From UHGV virus genome UHGV-1532611: DNA of 19,417 bases, one strand, 5' to 3'. This DNA comes from a virus. A model generated the notes under the pieces. The model saw only the letters and a list, made by a program, of their open reading frames with translations, was not told the origin of the DNA and did no database searches. The stretch's first letter is position 1; every line of letters begins with the position of its first letter. This document shows, one piece after another, positions 9,601 to 15,991 of this stretch. A program made the position numbers and the translations under genes.

Positions 9601-9771
9601 GTTCGTGAAGCAGGTATTATTGCTCAAGAACTGAAAGAAGTATTACCAGAAGCTGTTAGTTCTTTCGGACCTGACGAAATTCTTGGTGTTAACTCTGCTG
9701 CTGTAAACGCGTTGCTGGTTAATGCTATCAAGGAATTAAGTGCTCGCGTTAAAGAACTTGAAGCTAAATAA
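6688..9771 (+). CDS. Tail fiber protein with C-terminal S74-type intramolecular chaperone (auto-cleaving) domain
   Basis: 1027 aa. Contains the KAGDTMTGDLTV phage-fiber repeat motif, a helical repeat region (DANDAAINTRVDNLNSKVDQNDTAINTKVD), two copies of an LG.NSIA.GD.DTG motif, and the C-terminal SDKRLKS...GIIAQEL...AIKEL domain that closely resembles the T5 pb1 / K1F endosialidase chaperone domain. Confidence 0.88.
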   Translation: MANNKVKHYRTDVAGRKPEAKNMLDGEIAINLADKKIFTKFGDAVINIGNGADAVVEGGQTFTGKIKASDIESDSNLTLKNLDKSDIVFADEHDKAKARISSPAQTDSKGELRVTVAKGKGTGESSDFVLNGNGQLSLPAAPVAPDSATRKDYVDSEISKVQTGSSADLTKLEQKVDANDAAINTRVDNLNSKVDQNDTAINTKVDANKADADEKIKAVNDRLTVDNQTLKDMIDTKVNKAGDTMTGDLTVPSVHAAGNVYAGTLKVTPAGNNGDVLSIENHGRTSKTIHQIAYATDTDDRLLFRRDANEGTDALDLMTMTWGKTGRGMSIDISGQARITDAVTTPLMSVASNFAVGNSLGLNSIAIGDSDTGFKWREDGWLNFYSNNVVTASIAGSENYFNRKTHFRFRSDDGDSNLMAPEGYSLINIDTTTDGNNIGDATTYFGLVNGGKYNHYLRGSGRTYIDTKEGLGVAGPASFYKTIYNNKPYGWYDSESLPDWNTPEQQSNHLRKVRAVGAGSIYHELAMANHPDDRLDNSICWFHGDTPEYWMGSLNTNGRLNLASGVSVNGESNAIQLNIPASNQASYMSGNMDGRNNTWILGKTSENLDIVWSQNMRNDFSTSSGVTLRTNGSVTVQTGTNTAMDIQHNTIQIDGARWAATNDHAYANQWRQNAPMQINFGAVAGESDYYPGYSMNSVSVGHGFSTVVELGTIRGPANSWGKGILRVGTKEESTFGKMANYEFDIDGRFAVPGKINTPSVETNRLTSFGINTDNVLGGNSIAFGDNDTGIRQVTDGNLSIFTNGIQIATFNTAGLTIDRSITINTHNESRGVYVGNVRTGASNAMIQGVVDGWPQWSAWRDRPAGMIVEAQTRDKCINIWKHVHWGTEYGAAMDIYNPGSSAPEAALHIGGADYLFLGNGTANAIQWVSTSDKRLKSNFEEIENAVDKVEKLTGYVYDKKSDLVKTEYSFEVREAGIIAQELKEVLPEAVSSFGPDEILGVNSAAVNALLVNAIKELSARVKELEAK
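9478..9768 (+). other. Region of the tail fiber gene encoding the S74 intramolecular chaperone domain (aa 931-1027)
   Basis: The SDKRLK motif begins at codon 9478-9480, followed by the conserved GxxAQELKEVLPE and AIKEL...ELEAK segments; released by autocleavage in known homologs. Confidence 0.75.
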
Positions 9772-9774
9772 CAA

Positions 9775-9794
9775 AAAGGGGAGAAATCCCCTTT
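9775..9794 (+). terminator. Hairpin / weak terminator after the tail fiber gene
   Basis: aaagggga-gaaa-tccccttt: GC stem with a GNRA loop; the U-tract is short (three T, part of the stem). Confidence 0.5.
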
Positions 9795-9795
9795 G

Positions 9796-9805
9796 CTAAA
9801 TAAAC
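9796..9805 (+). promoter_or_regulatory. Promoter-like motif ctaaataaac upstream of the 9833 gene
   Basis: Directly after the 9775-9794 hairpin. A near copy (ctaaataac, 9764-9772) overlaps the fiber stop codon. Confidence 0.3.
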
Positions 9806-9832
9806 TATATTAACTCAAATAGGAAATTAAAA

Positions 9833-10309
9833 ATGGCAGACAAATTTGATATTTTTGCTGGCTCTTACGTCAGTGTGTTCTATAACTCAGAAATTGCAAA
9901 CACCGATCTGAATTCAGAAAAGTTTGTTGAAATTCCTGAAACTGGTGCATTCCCTTCTACGGGTATTGAACGCGAAGTTATTACAGCTCCTAACTTCTCT
10001 CACAAATACTCCCGTAAACTGGTTGGTCGTGGCTCTGTTCCTGATATCGACTTGACCGTTAACTATATTCCAGAAAGCGTTCATGATGTTCTGATTAAGC
10101 TTGCGGAAGATGGTAAACGTGGTCAGTTTAAAATCGTTTATTGGATTGATGCTACTAAAAAACTGGGTGTTGCAAAAGTTTATAACGGCTTCTTGTCAAG
10201 CGCTGTTCATAATGGCGGTGAATCAGAAGTTCAAGGTCTGACAATGACACTGAGTGTTGATGGTGGTCCTGTTGTTTCTGGTGTTGTTGATTTGACATCA
10301 AGTGATTAA
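9833..10309 (+). CDS. Tail-tube-fold protein: second gpV-like paralog, or a distal tail (M/Dit-like) ring protein
   Basis: 158 aa. Aligns by eye with the N-domain of the 5650-6675 product, and its C-terminal pattern (KIVYWID...VYNGFLSSAV) resembles the gpV N-domain as remembered. Preceded by a terminator and promoter-like motif, followed by a terminator. Confidence 0.6.
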   Translation: MADKFDIFAGSYVSVFYNSEIANTDLNSEKFVEIPETGAFPSTGIEREVITAPNFSHKYSRKLVGRGSVPDIDLTVNYIPESVHDVLIKLAEDGKRGQFKIVYWIDATKKLGVAKVYNGFLSSAVHNGGESEVQGLTMTLSVDGGPVVSGVVDLTSSD

Positions 10310-10313
10310 TTAA

Positions 10314-10337
10314 AAAGACTCCGCAAGGGGTCTTTTT
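10314..10337 (+). terminator. Intrinsic terminator after the second tail-tube paralog
   Basis: agactcc-gcaa-ggggtct (7-bp stem with one G-U pair, GNRA loop) followed by seven T. Confidence 0.7.
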
Positions 10338-10341
10338 TTGG

Positions 10342-10351
10342 CTCTAAATAA
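10342..10351 (+). promoter_or_regulatory. Promoter-like motif ctaaataaag upstream of the 10367 gene
   Basis: Exact 10-mer shared with 14477-14486 and 15967-15976; sits just after the 10314-10337 terminator. Confidence 0.35.
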
Positions 10352-10366
10352 AGTCAGAGGTGAAAC

Positions 10367-10783
10367 ATGTTTAAATTTCAAGCTGACTTATCAAAATTAC
10401 TTAACCGCTATATCAATCAGCAACACGTTTTCGGTCAAAACGACTGTAATATCCTTGTTGCTGAATATATCGACCTTGTTTGTGCTACTGAATACACAGA
10501 CAAATTAAAAGACAAATACACGAGTATTCCTGAAGGTCTCAAGATTTGCAAAGAGCTAACTGGTTTTAATAACGTTCTCGAAGCGTGTGAAACGCATCTT
10601 GAGAAATCAGAAACTATAGAAACAGGCTCGGTTATCTTAATTAAGAAAAAACATAAAAACCGTGTCTATTACGTTGCATCTATCGTTTTTAATAATAGAG
10701 CATTAGTTGAACATGAAAATAAATATCAACTGATAAACGTCAACGATTTTAATTTTGAATTAATTTTTAACAGGAGAAAATAA
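10367..10783 (+). CDS. NlpC/P60-like tail tip protein (gpK C-terminal domain homolog, no MPN/JAB domain)
   Basis: 138 aa. HVFGQNDCNILVAEY matches the Cys motif of the gpK NlpC/P60 domain (HGVTDCYTLF) and GSVILIKKKHKNRVYYVASIVFNNRALVEH matches GDVLL...NHAAIY.GDGELLHH. Stop overlaps the start of the J-like gene (TAATG). Confidence 0.5.
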   Translation: MFKFQADLSKLLNRYINQQHVFGQNDCNILVAEYIDLVCATEYTDKLKDKYTSIPEGLKICKELTGFNNVLEACETHLEKSETIETGSVILIKKKHKNRVYYVASIVFNNRALVEHENKYQLINVNDFNFELIFNRRK

Positions 10784-13700
10784 TGGCTATTGTAGCTATT
10801 GGTGCAATTATCGCAGGTGCTTCCGCGGCTGCTGCTGCTTACGCTGCGGGTGCTGCTCTTGCTTTGGCAATTGGTATTGGTGTCGCTGTTGCTGCTGTTT
10901 CTGCTTTGATGTCAACTCAGATGGCGCAGAACGTTCCCCGATTTAACAGCACAGACACAGCAACGACATTAGGAACAACGTCAGATCCATCAAGTGTTAT
11001 TCCTATTATCTATGGTGAACAGCGTACAGGTACGATTAACGTTTGGAAAGCTGTTGGCGTTGATACGACATATTTGGTTCAGATCTTTGCAATCTGTGAA
11101 GGTGAAGTTGATAGCTTCAAAAACCTTTATATGGATAATCAGAAAATCTTACTTGATGGCGTTTATAAAGACGGTGTTCTTCCGAAAGGTTCAATCGCTG
11201 CTGAATATCAGCAATATGTTGAAGTTGAATTCTCAACTGGTAAGCCATACGGTCACGTTTTTACTCTTGCTCAGAAATATCTAGGAAATTCAGATGCTGG
11301 CTGGCCTGATTCTGCTACTGGTAATAACATCGCTGCTTGTTGTGTTGTTATGCGCAAACGTAACTCAGACCTTCAAAACCAAGCTGATATCCTGCAACCT
11401 AACAGTCAAGTATCTGTTGACGTTAGAGGACGTTTGATTACAGATCTGAACACAGGAGAACGCGTTTCCTCGAACAACGGTCCGAGTCAGATTGTTGATT
11501 ATCTAACAAATGATAGATACGGTCTTGGAATTCAGATTGATAAAATCGACCTTGATAGTTTTAAAGAAGCTGCTCGATATGCAAAACTGAACAGTTTATT
11601 TTCTGATGGTGCAACTGACCCGAACGGTTCATTCAAAGAAAACTTAACTCAGCTTGCAGGTGCATTTAACGGTATTATCACAGAGACTTTCGGTAAAGTA
11701 ACATGCAGAATCGATGGACCTGATGTTGTTCAATATGACTTCAACGAAGATAATATTAACGCTGGTACTGTTAGCTTAAACGATGGCGGTTCTGAGAATT
11801 ATTACAATACTCTGAACGTGAAATATCAAGATCCGTCGATTGACTATTCTGACCAAGTTCTGCGTTATCCGTCTGACGTAACAAATGATGGAACAATCGC
11901 GAAAGATAAACGTATTATCGCTAAAGATATCAGTTACAGATTCGTGAAATCAAAATCTCAGTTGGATAAAATTGCTTCAATCGAACGTAACAAATCTCTG
12001 TTAAAGCAAGTTATTAGTTTTTCAACTGCTGATGCTTATACCGCACAGGTCTGGGATGTTATCAGAGTTAATTTCTCTGAACTGGAACTTGTGAATTCAT
12101 TATGGCGTATTACTAATATCGATCGTTCGATGAATAAAGGTGCTGCTGGTATCGTTACTATTACTGCTTCTGAATATATCGAAGAAGTTTATACCAATCT
12201 TGACTACGCGAAAGACCCTGATAACACAGGAAGCAACATTCCTAATAAATCTGTTCTGATTGCTCCTAAGAATCTGACAGTTAAAGCAGTTGCTGAAACA
12301 GCTTTAGGAAGAACTCTGAAAGTTCAATGGACGTCTGAACCTGATTATAATCGCGCAGGTTATTATATTCAGTATAGTCTTGCTGGTAAGAACTCTTGGA
12401 TTCAAGCAGGTTTCACATCAGGCGATTATTTCTTGATTATGAGTCTTGACCCTAATCAGAAATTTGATATTCGTGTTTGTGCTTCTGGTGTTGTGTATCG
12501 TTCAGATTGGGTTTATGTCAATAACGTTAACCCTGAGGTTATGTATAACTTACCAGTCGTTACAGGACTGCACCTAGTGAACGCAGTTGAAAATCAATAC
12601 ACCACTAACAAGACTCAATTTGAATTCGCCTGGGACGACCAGAGCGCACAGAAATTCTATGTTGACGACACGTTACAGACATTCGGTGAAGTTTTTCAAT
12701 ATTACGAAATCAAAATTGAAGGTCAGCGTCCTGTAATTTACAAGACTAAAGACTTAGGTTTTGTATATGACTTTAATATGAACTTGGGTAATGGTCTGAG
12801 TCGTGAATTGAAAGTTTCTGTTACTGCATACGGTCACGCTGGTATGAAGTCAGATCCTGCTGTTATTACTGTTAAGAACAATCAAGCTCCTGCTATTCAA
12901 GGTTTCACAGCTTCGAATGGTCCTGGAATGCTGATGTGCTCTTGGAATGACCCACGCGATAATAAGCCTGAAGTTCCTGACTTCAAAGGCACAATCGTTC
13001 ATATTGCGAAAGACCAGAGTTTTAATGAAATTGTTCACGTTTATTCAAGTTCAAGTCCGTTCTTAGATAATTTTCCATTAGAAGATGGTCAATTCTATGT
13101 TCGTTCAGCTTGGTATGACGTATTCGGACAAGACCAGATTACTTGGTCAGAATCGAAGTTTATCGATATGAAATGGGATATTCCGTGGACTGACGATATG
13201 AAAGAACAGTTAAACGATTTGCTTGATTTGGATAAACGTGTTGATGGTGCTATCGATGAAGCATTAGACCTCGCTAACAAATACACTGATACGAAAGTTA
13301 CAGCATCCGAGCAAAAAGTTACTACTGAATTAAATCAGACTATCACGACGAAAAACACCGAACTTCATACTCAGATTACTAATGAAACTAATGGCGCTAT
13401 CAATCAGGCTATCAGTATTCAAGAATCTAACTTTGATGGAAAACTTAACTCGGCTATTACGAAAGTTGAAAAAACTCAAGCTGATGATAGACAAGCAACC
13501 GCAAGTTCAATTAATCAATTGAAAGCTGAAACAAACACAGCTATTGCAACAGTTAGTCAAGAATCAAAAGCAAGCGTTGACGACTTAACAGGAACGATTA
13601 ATAGCAAATGGGCAGTTCAGACTAATGCCGACGGTGTTGTTGCTGGTATCAGTATGCTGGCTAATAAGAATCCTGACGGTTCAAAACAGTCTAGTATTGT

Positions 13701-14472
13701 TTTTAACGCTGATAAAATCGCTATAACGAATAACAATACTCCTGCGGGTGCTGTTGCTCCGTTTATGGTCGCTGATAACAGAGTTTATATGGATTCTGCA
13801 ATGATTCGTAATGCTTCTATCGGTTCAGCACAGATTGCAGATGCTTCTATTAACAACGCTAAGATTCAAAACGGTGCTATTAACAACGCGAAGATTGAAA
13901 ACGGTGCGATTACTACTGCGAAAATTGGTAATGCTCAGATCGGTTCAGCACAGATTGCTTATGAAATATCTTCTGATAACTGGTTCCCTTCCGGTGGTAC
14001 TCAAGGTTGGACAATCAGAAAAGACGGTTGGGCTTCTTTCCAAAACGTTAATATCAGAGGTAACATTCAAGCAGATTCTGGTTATTTCGCAGGTGAAATC
14101 AGAGGCGGTTCAGGTTATTTCACAGGAACTGTATACGCTGACAGAATTGAAGGTGACGTTATCAAAATGGGTCATATAGATCCGTGGACAACAGTTCATA
14201 TTCCTGCTGTTAACTGGAACAGAGTAATTTCTATTCCAAACCTTTCGATTTCAGGCAGAACTTATTCCGGTGGTGCTTGGGGCTACGGAACTGCATGGAT
14301 TAATATGTCGAACGGTCAAGAAATCGTAAGAACAGTTACCAGTGCAATGAGTGGTTCAAACGGTGGTACAGGCATTATCTATGCGGGACAAGCTGTTGAT
14401 TTGAGTTACGGTGCTGACTTGAATCATGCGACCGCAGCAAGAGCAGTTTACTTTATCAGTAAACAACAATAA
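10783..14472 (+). CDS. Tail tip / host specificity protein (gpJ-like) with gpI-like N-terminal segment
   Basis: 1229 aa. The N-terminal Gly/Ala-rich hydrophobic stretch followed by VIPIIYGEQRTGTINV resembles the gpI C-terminus (VLPVLYGEMRVGSRVV). IVDYLTNDRYGLG matches the gpJ LTHPRYGMG region. Two FN3-like segments, a helical region and NAKIxNGAI-type repeats are present, and WAVQTNADGVVAGISM...FNADKIAI resembles gpJ [20 protein letters not shown]...VAANRIAF. The C-terminal ~170 aa are the likely receptor-binding domain. Confidence 0.85.
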   Translation: MAIVAIGAIIAGASAAAAAYAAGAALALAIGIGVAVAAVSALMSTQMAQNVPRFNSTDTATTLGTTSDPSSVIPIIYGEQRTGTINVWKAVGVDTTYLVQIFAICEGEVDSFKNLYMDNQKILLDGVYKDGVLPKGSIAAEYQQYVEVEFSTGKPYGHVFTLAQKYLGNSDAGWPDSATGNNIAACCVVMRKRNSDLQNQADILQPNSQVSVDVRGRLITDLNTGERVSSNNGPSQIVDYLTNDRYGLGIQIDKIDLDSFKEAARYAKLNSLFSDGATDPNGSFKENLTQLAGAFNGIITETFGKVTCRIDGPDVVQYDFNEDNINAGTVSLNDGGSENYYNTLNVKYQDPSIDYSDQVLRYPSDVTNDGTIAKDKRIIAKDISYRFVKSKSQLDKIASIERNKSLLKQVISFSTADAYTAQVWDVIRVNFSELELVNSLWRITNIDRSMNKGAAGIVTITASEYIEEVYTNLDYAKDPDNTGSNIPNKSVLIAPKNLTVKAVAETALGRTLKVQWTSEPDYNRAGYYIQYSLAGKNSWIQAGFTSGDYFLIMSLDPNQKFDIRVCASGVVYRSDWVYVNNVNPEVMYNLPVVTGLHLVNAVENQYTTNKTQFEFAWDDQSAQKFYVDDTLQTFGEVFQYYEIKIEGQRPVIYKTKDLGFVYDFNMNLGNGLSRELKVSVTAYGHAGMKSDPAVITVKNNQAPAIQGFTASNGPGMLMCSWNDPRDNKPEVPDFKGTIVHIAKDQSFNEIVHVYSSSSPFLDNFPLEDGQFYVRSAWYDVFGQDQITWSESKFIDMKWDIPWTDDMKEQLNDLLDLDKRVDGAIDEALDLANKYTDTKVTASEQKVTTELNQTITTKNTELHTQITNETNGAINQAISIQESNFDGKLNSAITKVEKTQADDRQATASSINQLKAETNTAIATVSQESKASVDDLTGTINSKWAVQTNADGVVAGISMLANKNPDGSKQSSIVFNADKIAITNNNTPAGAVAPFMVADNRVYMDSAMIRNASIGSAQIADASINNAKIQNGAINNAKIENGAITTAKIGNAQIGSAQIAYEISSDNWFPSGGTQGWTIRKDGWASFQNVNIRGNIQADSGYFAGEIRGGSGYFTGTVYADRIEGDVIKMGHIDPWTTVHIPAVNWNRVISIPNLSISGRTYSGGAWGYGTAWINMSNGQEIVRTVTSAMSGSNGGTGIIYAGQAVDLSYGADLNHATAARAVYFISKQQ

Positions 14473-14476
14473 CGTT

Positions 14477-14486
14477 CTAAATAAAG
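14477..14486 (+). promoter_or_regulatory. Promoter-like motif ctaaataaag upstream of the 14518 gene
   Basis: Exact 10-mer, 4 nt after the J-like stop and 31 nt before ATG 14518. Confidence 0.35.
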
Positions 14487-14517
14487 ACAAGGAGGTCTTT
14501 TAAAAAGGAGATTCAAG

Positions 14518-14802
14518 ATGGTCGATATAGCACTGATCATTTCCATCTTGGGTGCTCTAGGAGGTTTCTTGGCTTGGGTTTATGCCGAAATTAAATCAAA
14601 CAATGAAAAACGAATTGACCTTGAGAAACGTTTCTCAGACATCGAAAAAAGCATAGCCGTTAATGACGCAAAAGATGCTTCGCTTATAAGCGATATAACA
14701 CGACAACAGGATGAATTTCGAGAGGTCAAATCTGATTTGAAGAATTTAGAAGGAAGAACAGCAAAGCTAGATATCGACCTAGCAGTTCTAAGAGGAAAAT
14801 GA
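14518..14802 (+). CDS. Small membrane-anchored coiled-coil protein (one N-terminal TM helix); function unknown
   Basis: 94 aa with two SD-like elements upstream (aaggagg 14489-14495, aaggag 14505-14510). IALIISILGALGGFLAWVYA is a predicted TM helix, followed by a charged helical region. Stop overlaps the next start (ATGA). No cysteine, so not a lipoprotein. Confidence 0.6.
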   Translation: MVDIALIISILGALGGFLAWVYAEIKSNNEKRIDLEKRFSDIEKSIAVNDAKDASLISDITRQQDEFREVKSDLKNLEGRTAKLDIDLAVLRGK

Positions 14803-15275
14803 AAAGAAAAGAGATTCCGATTTATAAGCAAGAACTCTTTCAAAAGCAAAAAGGTCTTTGTGCTTTAACTGGCATAAAGATTCATGAAGTTAATAAAGCC
14901 CATCTTGACCATGACCATATATTAACAGGCTCTAACGCAGGCAGATGCAGAGGATTATTAATCGCTCAAGCAAACGTCCTAGAGGGCAGAATAAAACATC
15001 AGTTTAAACGTTCGGGTCTCGATGGGAAAATTGACTACATCGAGTTTTTGAAGAATCTTGTTCAGTATCTTGAAAAAGACTACTCAGACAATCCTACGCA
15101 TCCACAACTTATTCCTGATTTAAAGAAGGCGTTCTCTCGAAAAAATCTTTCTGAGATGAAAGCTATTACAGGTTCAAACCTTAAAACGAAAAAGGAGCTT
15201 GAAAAAGTCTACTCAAACCAAATAAAGGTGAAATATGAAAATGAAATATCTCCAAGCATTGGCAAAACACGCTAA
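14799..15275 (+). CDS. T4 endonuclease VII (gp49)-like junction-resolving / HNH-fold nuclease
   Basis: 158 aa (T4 endo VII is 157 aa). HLDHDH, GRCRGLL, N..EG and KHQFKRSGL.G..DYIEFL.NL..YL..DYS.N..HP are collinear with T4 endo VII as remembered. The catalytic Asp/His/His/Asn/Glu equivalents are present. Confidence 0.8.
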   Translation: MKRKEIPIYKQELFQKQKGLCALTGIKIHEVNKAHLDHDHILTGSNAGRCRGLLIAQANVLEGRIKHQFKRSGLDGKIDYIEFLKNLVQYLEKDYSDNPTHPQLIPDLKKAFSRKNLSEMKAITGSNLKTKKELEKVYSNQIKVKYENEISPSIGKTR

Positions 15276-15432
15276 AGATTATCTTATTGTTCTATTTCTC
15301 GTTACTATAACTTATAACACTGTTGCTGTTCCTGTTCTGCAAGCTTTCGATATTAAAGCACCTAAAATGATTCTTATCAGCGAAGAACAGATAAAAACAT
15401 TTGGGACGCTTCTGATGTCAGGAGTGAACTAA
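15235..15432 (+). CDS. Small single-pass membrane protein, hypothetical
   Basis: 65 aa with SD aaggtga (15222-15228) before ATG 15235. Predicted TM helix YLIVLFLVTITYNTVAVPVL. Overlaps the 3' end of the endo VII-like gene by 41 nt in another frame, and its stop overlaps the next start (TAATG), so the call is tentative. Confidence 0.4.
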   Translation: MKMKYLQALAKHAKDYLIVLFLVTITYNTVAVPVLQAFDIKAPKMILISEEQIKTFGTLLMSGVN

Positions 15433-15974
15433 TGGCAAAAGCAAAAGATGTTATGAAAGACCTTGAAAAATGGCGAATCAAAGAATCTGACGTGTTCAGT
15501 AAGAAAGTAACCAAAGCGTCTAAACTCGCTTCTGTTGAGTTGCAAAGAAAAATCAACAGACGAGTCGATGGACCAGTTAATTTCACTAAGAACGCAGTAG
15601 GTTTCAGTTTCAGATACGATCAGAACGGGTCACGAAATAGAATATTCATCAAAGACAAGCAGGCTGATTATCTTGCTCCGTTAATTGATGATAACAAAGG
15701 AATTAACAAGTTTGTTCCAACTGGTGTAAGAGGTTCAAAGAACAAATTCGGTAACATTCCTAACTTGAAATCAAGAAATAATCTTGAAGCTGTCAAGCAA
15801 AAAAAAGATGGCGTAACTCGAACGATCCTCATTAAAACTAACGTTAAAAAGCAAGACCGTCGTTTAATTGCTGTATTCAAGAAAAATCAACACAGAAGAA
15901 AAACTCTGGGTTCATGGAATCAAATCTCTGACGATATATTCAAAACCGTTAAGCGTGTTGCGGGTACTAAATAA
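15432..15974 (+). CDS. Lys/Arg-rich basic protein, hypothetical
   Basis: 180 aa, strongly basic, no cysteine. SD ggagtga (15421-15427). No recognisable family by eye. Confidence 0.6.
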   Translation: MAKAKDVMKDLEKWRIKESDVFSKKVTKASKLASVELQRKINRRVDGPVNFTKNAVGFSFRYDQNGSRNRIFIKDKQADYLAPLIDDNKGINKFVPTGVRGSKNKFGNIPNLKSRNNLEAVKQKKDGVTRTILIKTNVKKQDRRLIAVFKKNQHRRKTLGSWNQISDDIFKTVKRVAGTK

Positions 15975-15976
15975 AG
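15967..15976 (+). promoter_or_regulatory. Promoter-like motif ctaaataaag upstream of the 15992 gene
   Basis: Exact 10-mer overlapping the stop codon of the 180-aa gene, 15 nt before ATG 15992. Confidence 0.35.
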
Positions 15977-15991
15977 TCAAAAGGAGAACAA

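Noticed and set aside
10994-11284. Alternate-frame + strand ORF (96 aa) inside the J-like gene, and similar internal ORFs at 1780-1974, 6227-6478, 9287-9493 and 17946-18143
   Set aside because: All lie within longer, better-supported ORFs in other frames and have hydrophobic low-complexity translations with no ribosome-binding sites.
13811-14179. Plus-strand alternate-frame ORF (122 aa) inside the J-like gene
   Set aside because: It is embedded in another frame of a strongly supported gene. Its repetitive LLTTRRLKTV-type sequence simply reflects the DNA repeats at 13800-13960. No SD.
14518-15432. Reading the two small membrane proteins as a holin / spanin lysis cassette
   Set aside because: No endolysin-like protein (lysozyme, amidase or transglycosylase motifs) is encoded nearby, and the adjacent 180-aa basic protein lacks muralytic motifs. 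A lysis cassette cannot be supported from this window; the membrane proteins are left as unknowns.
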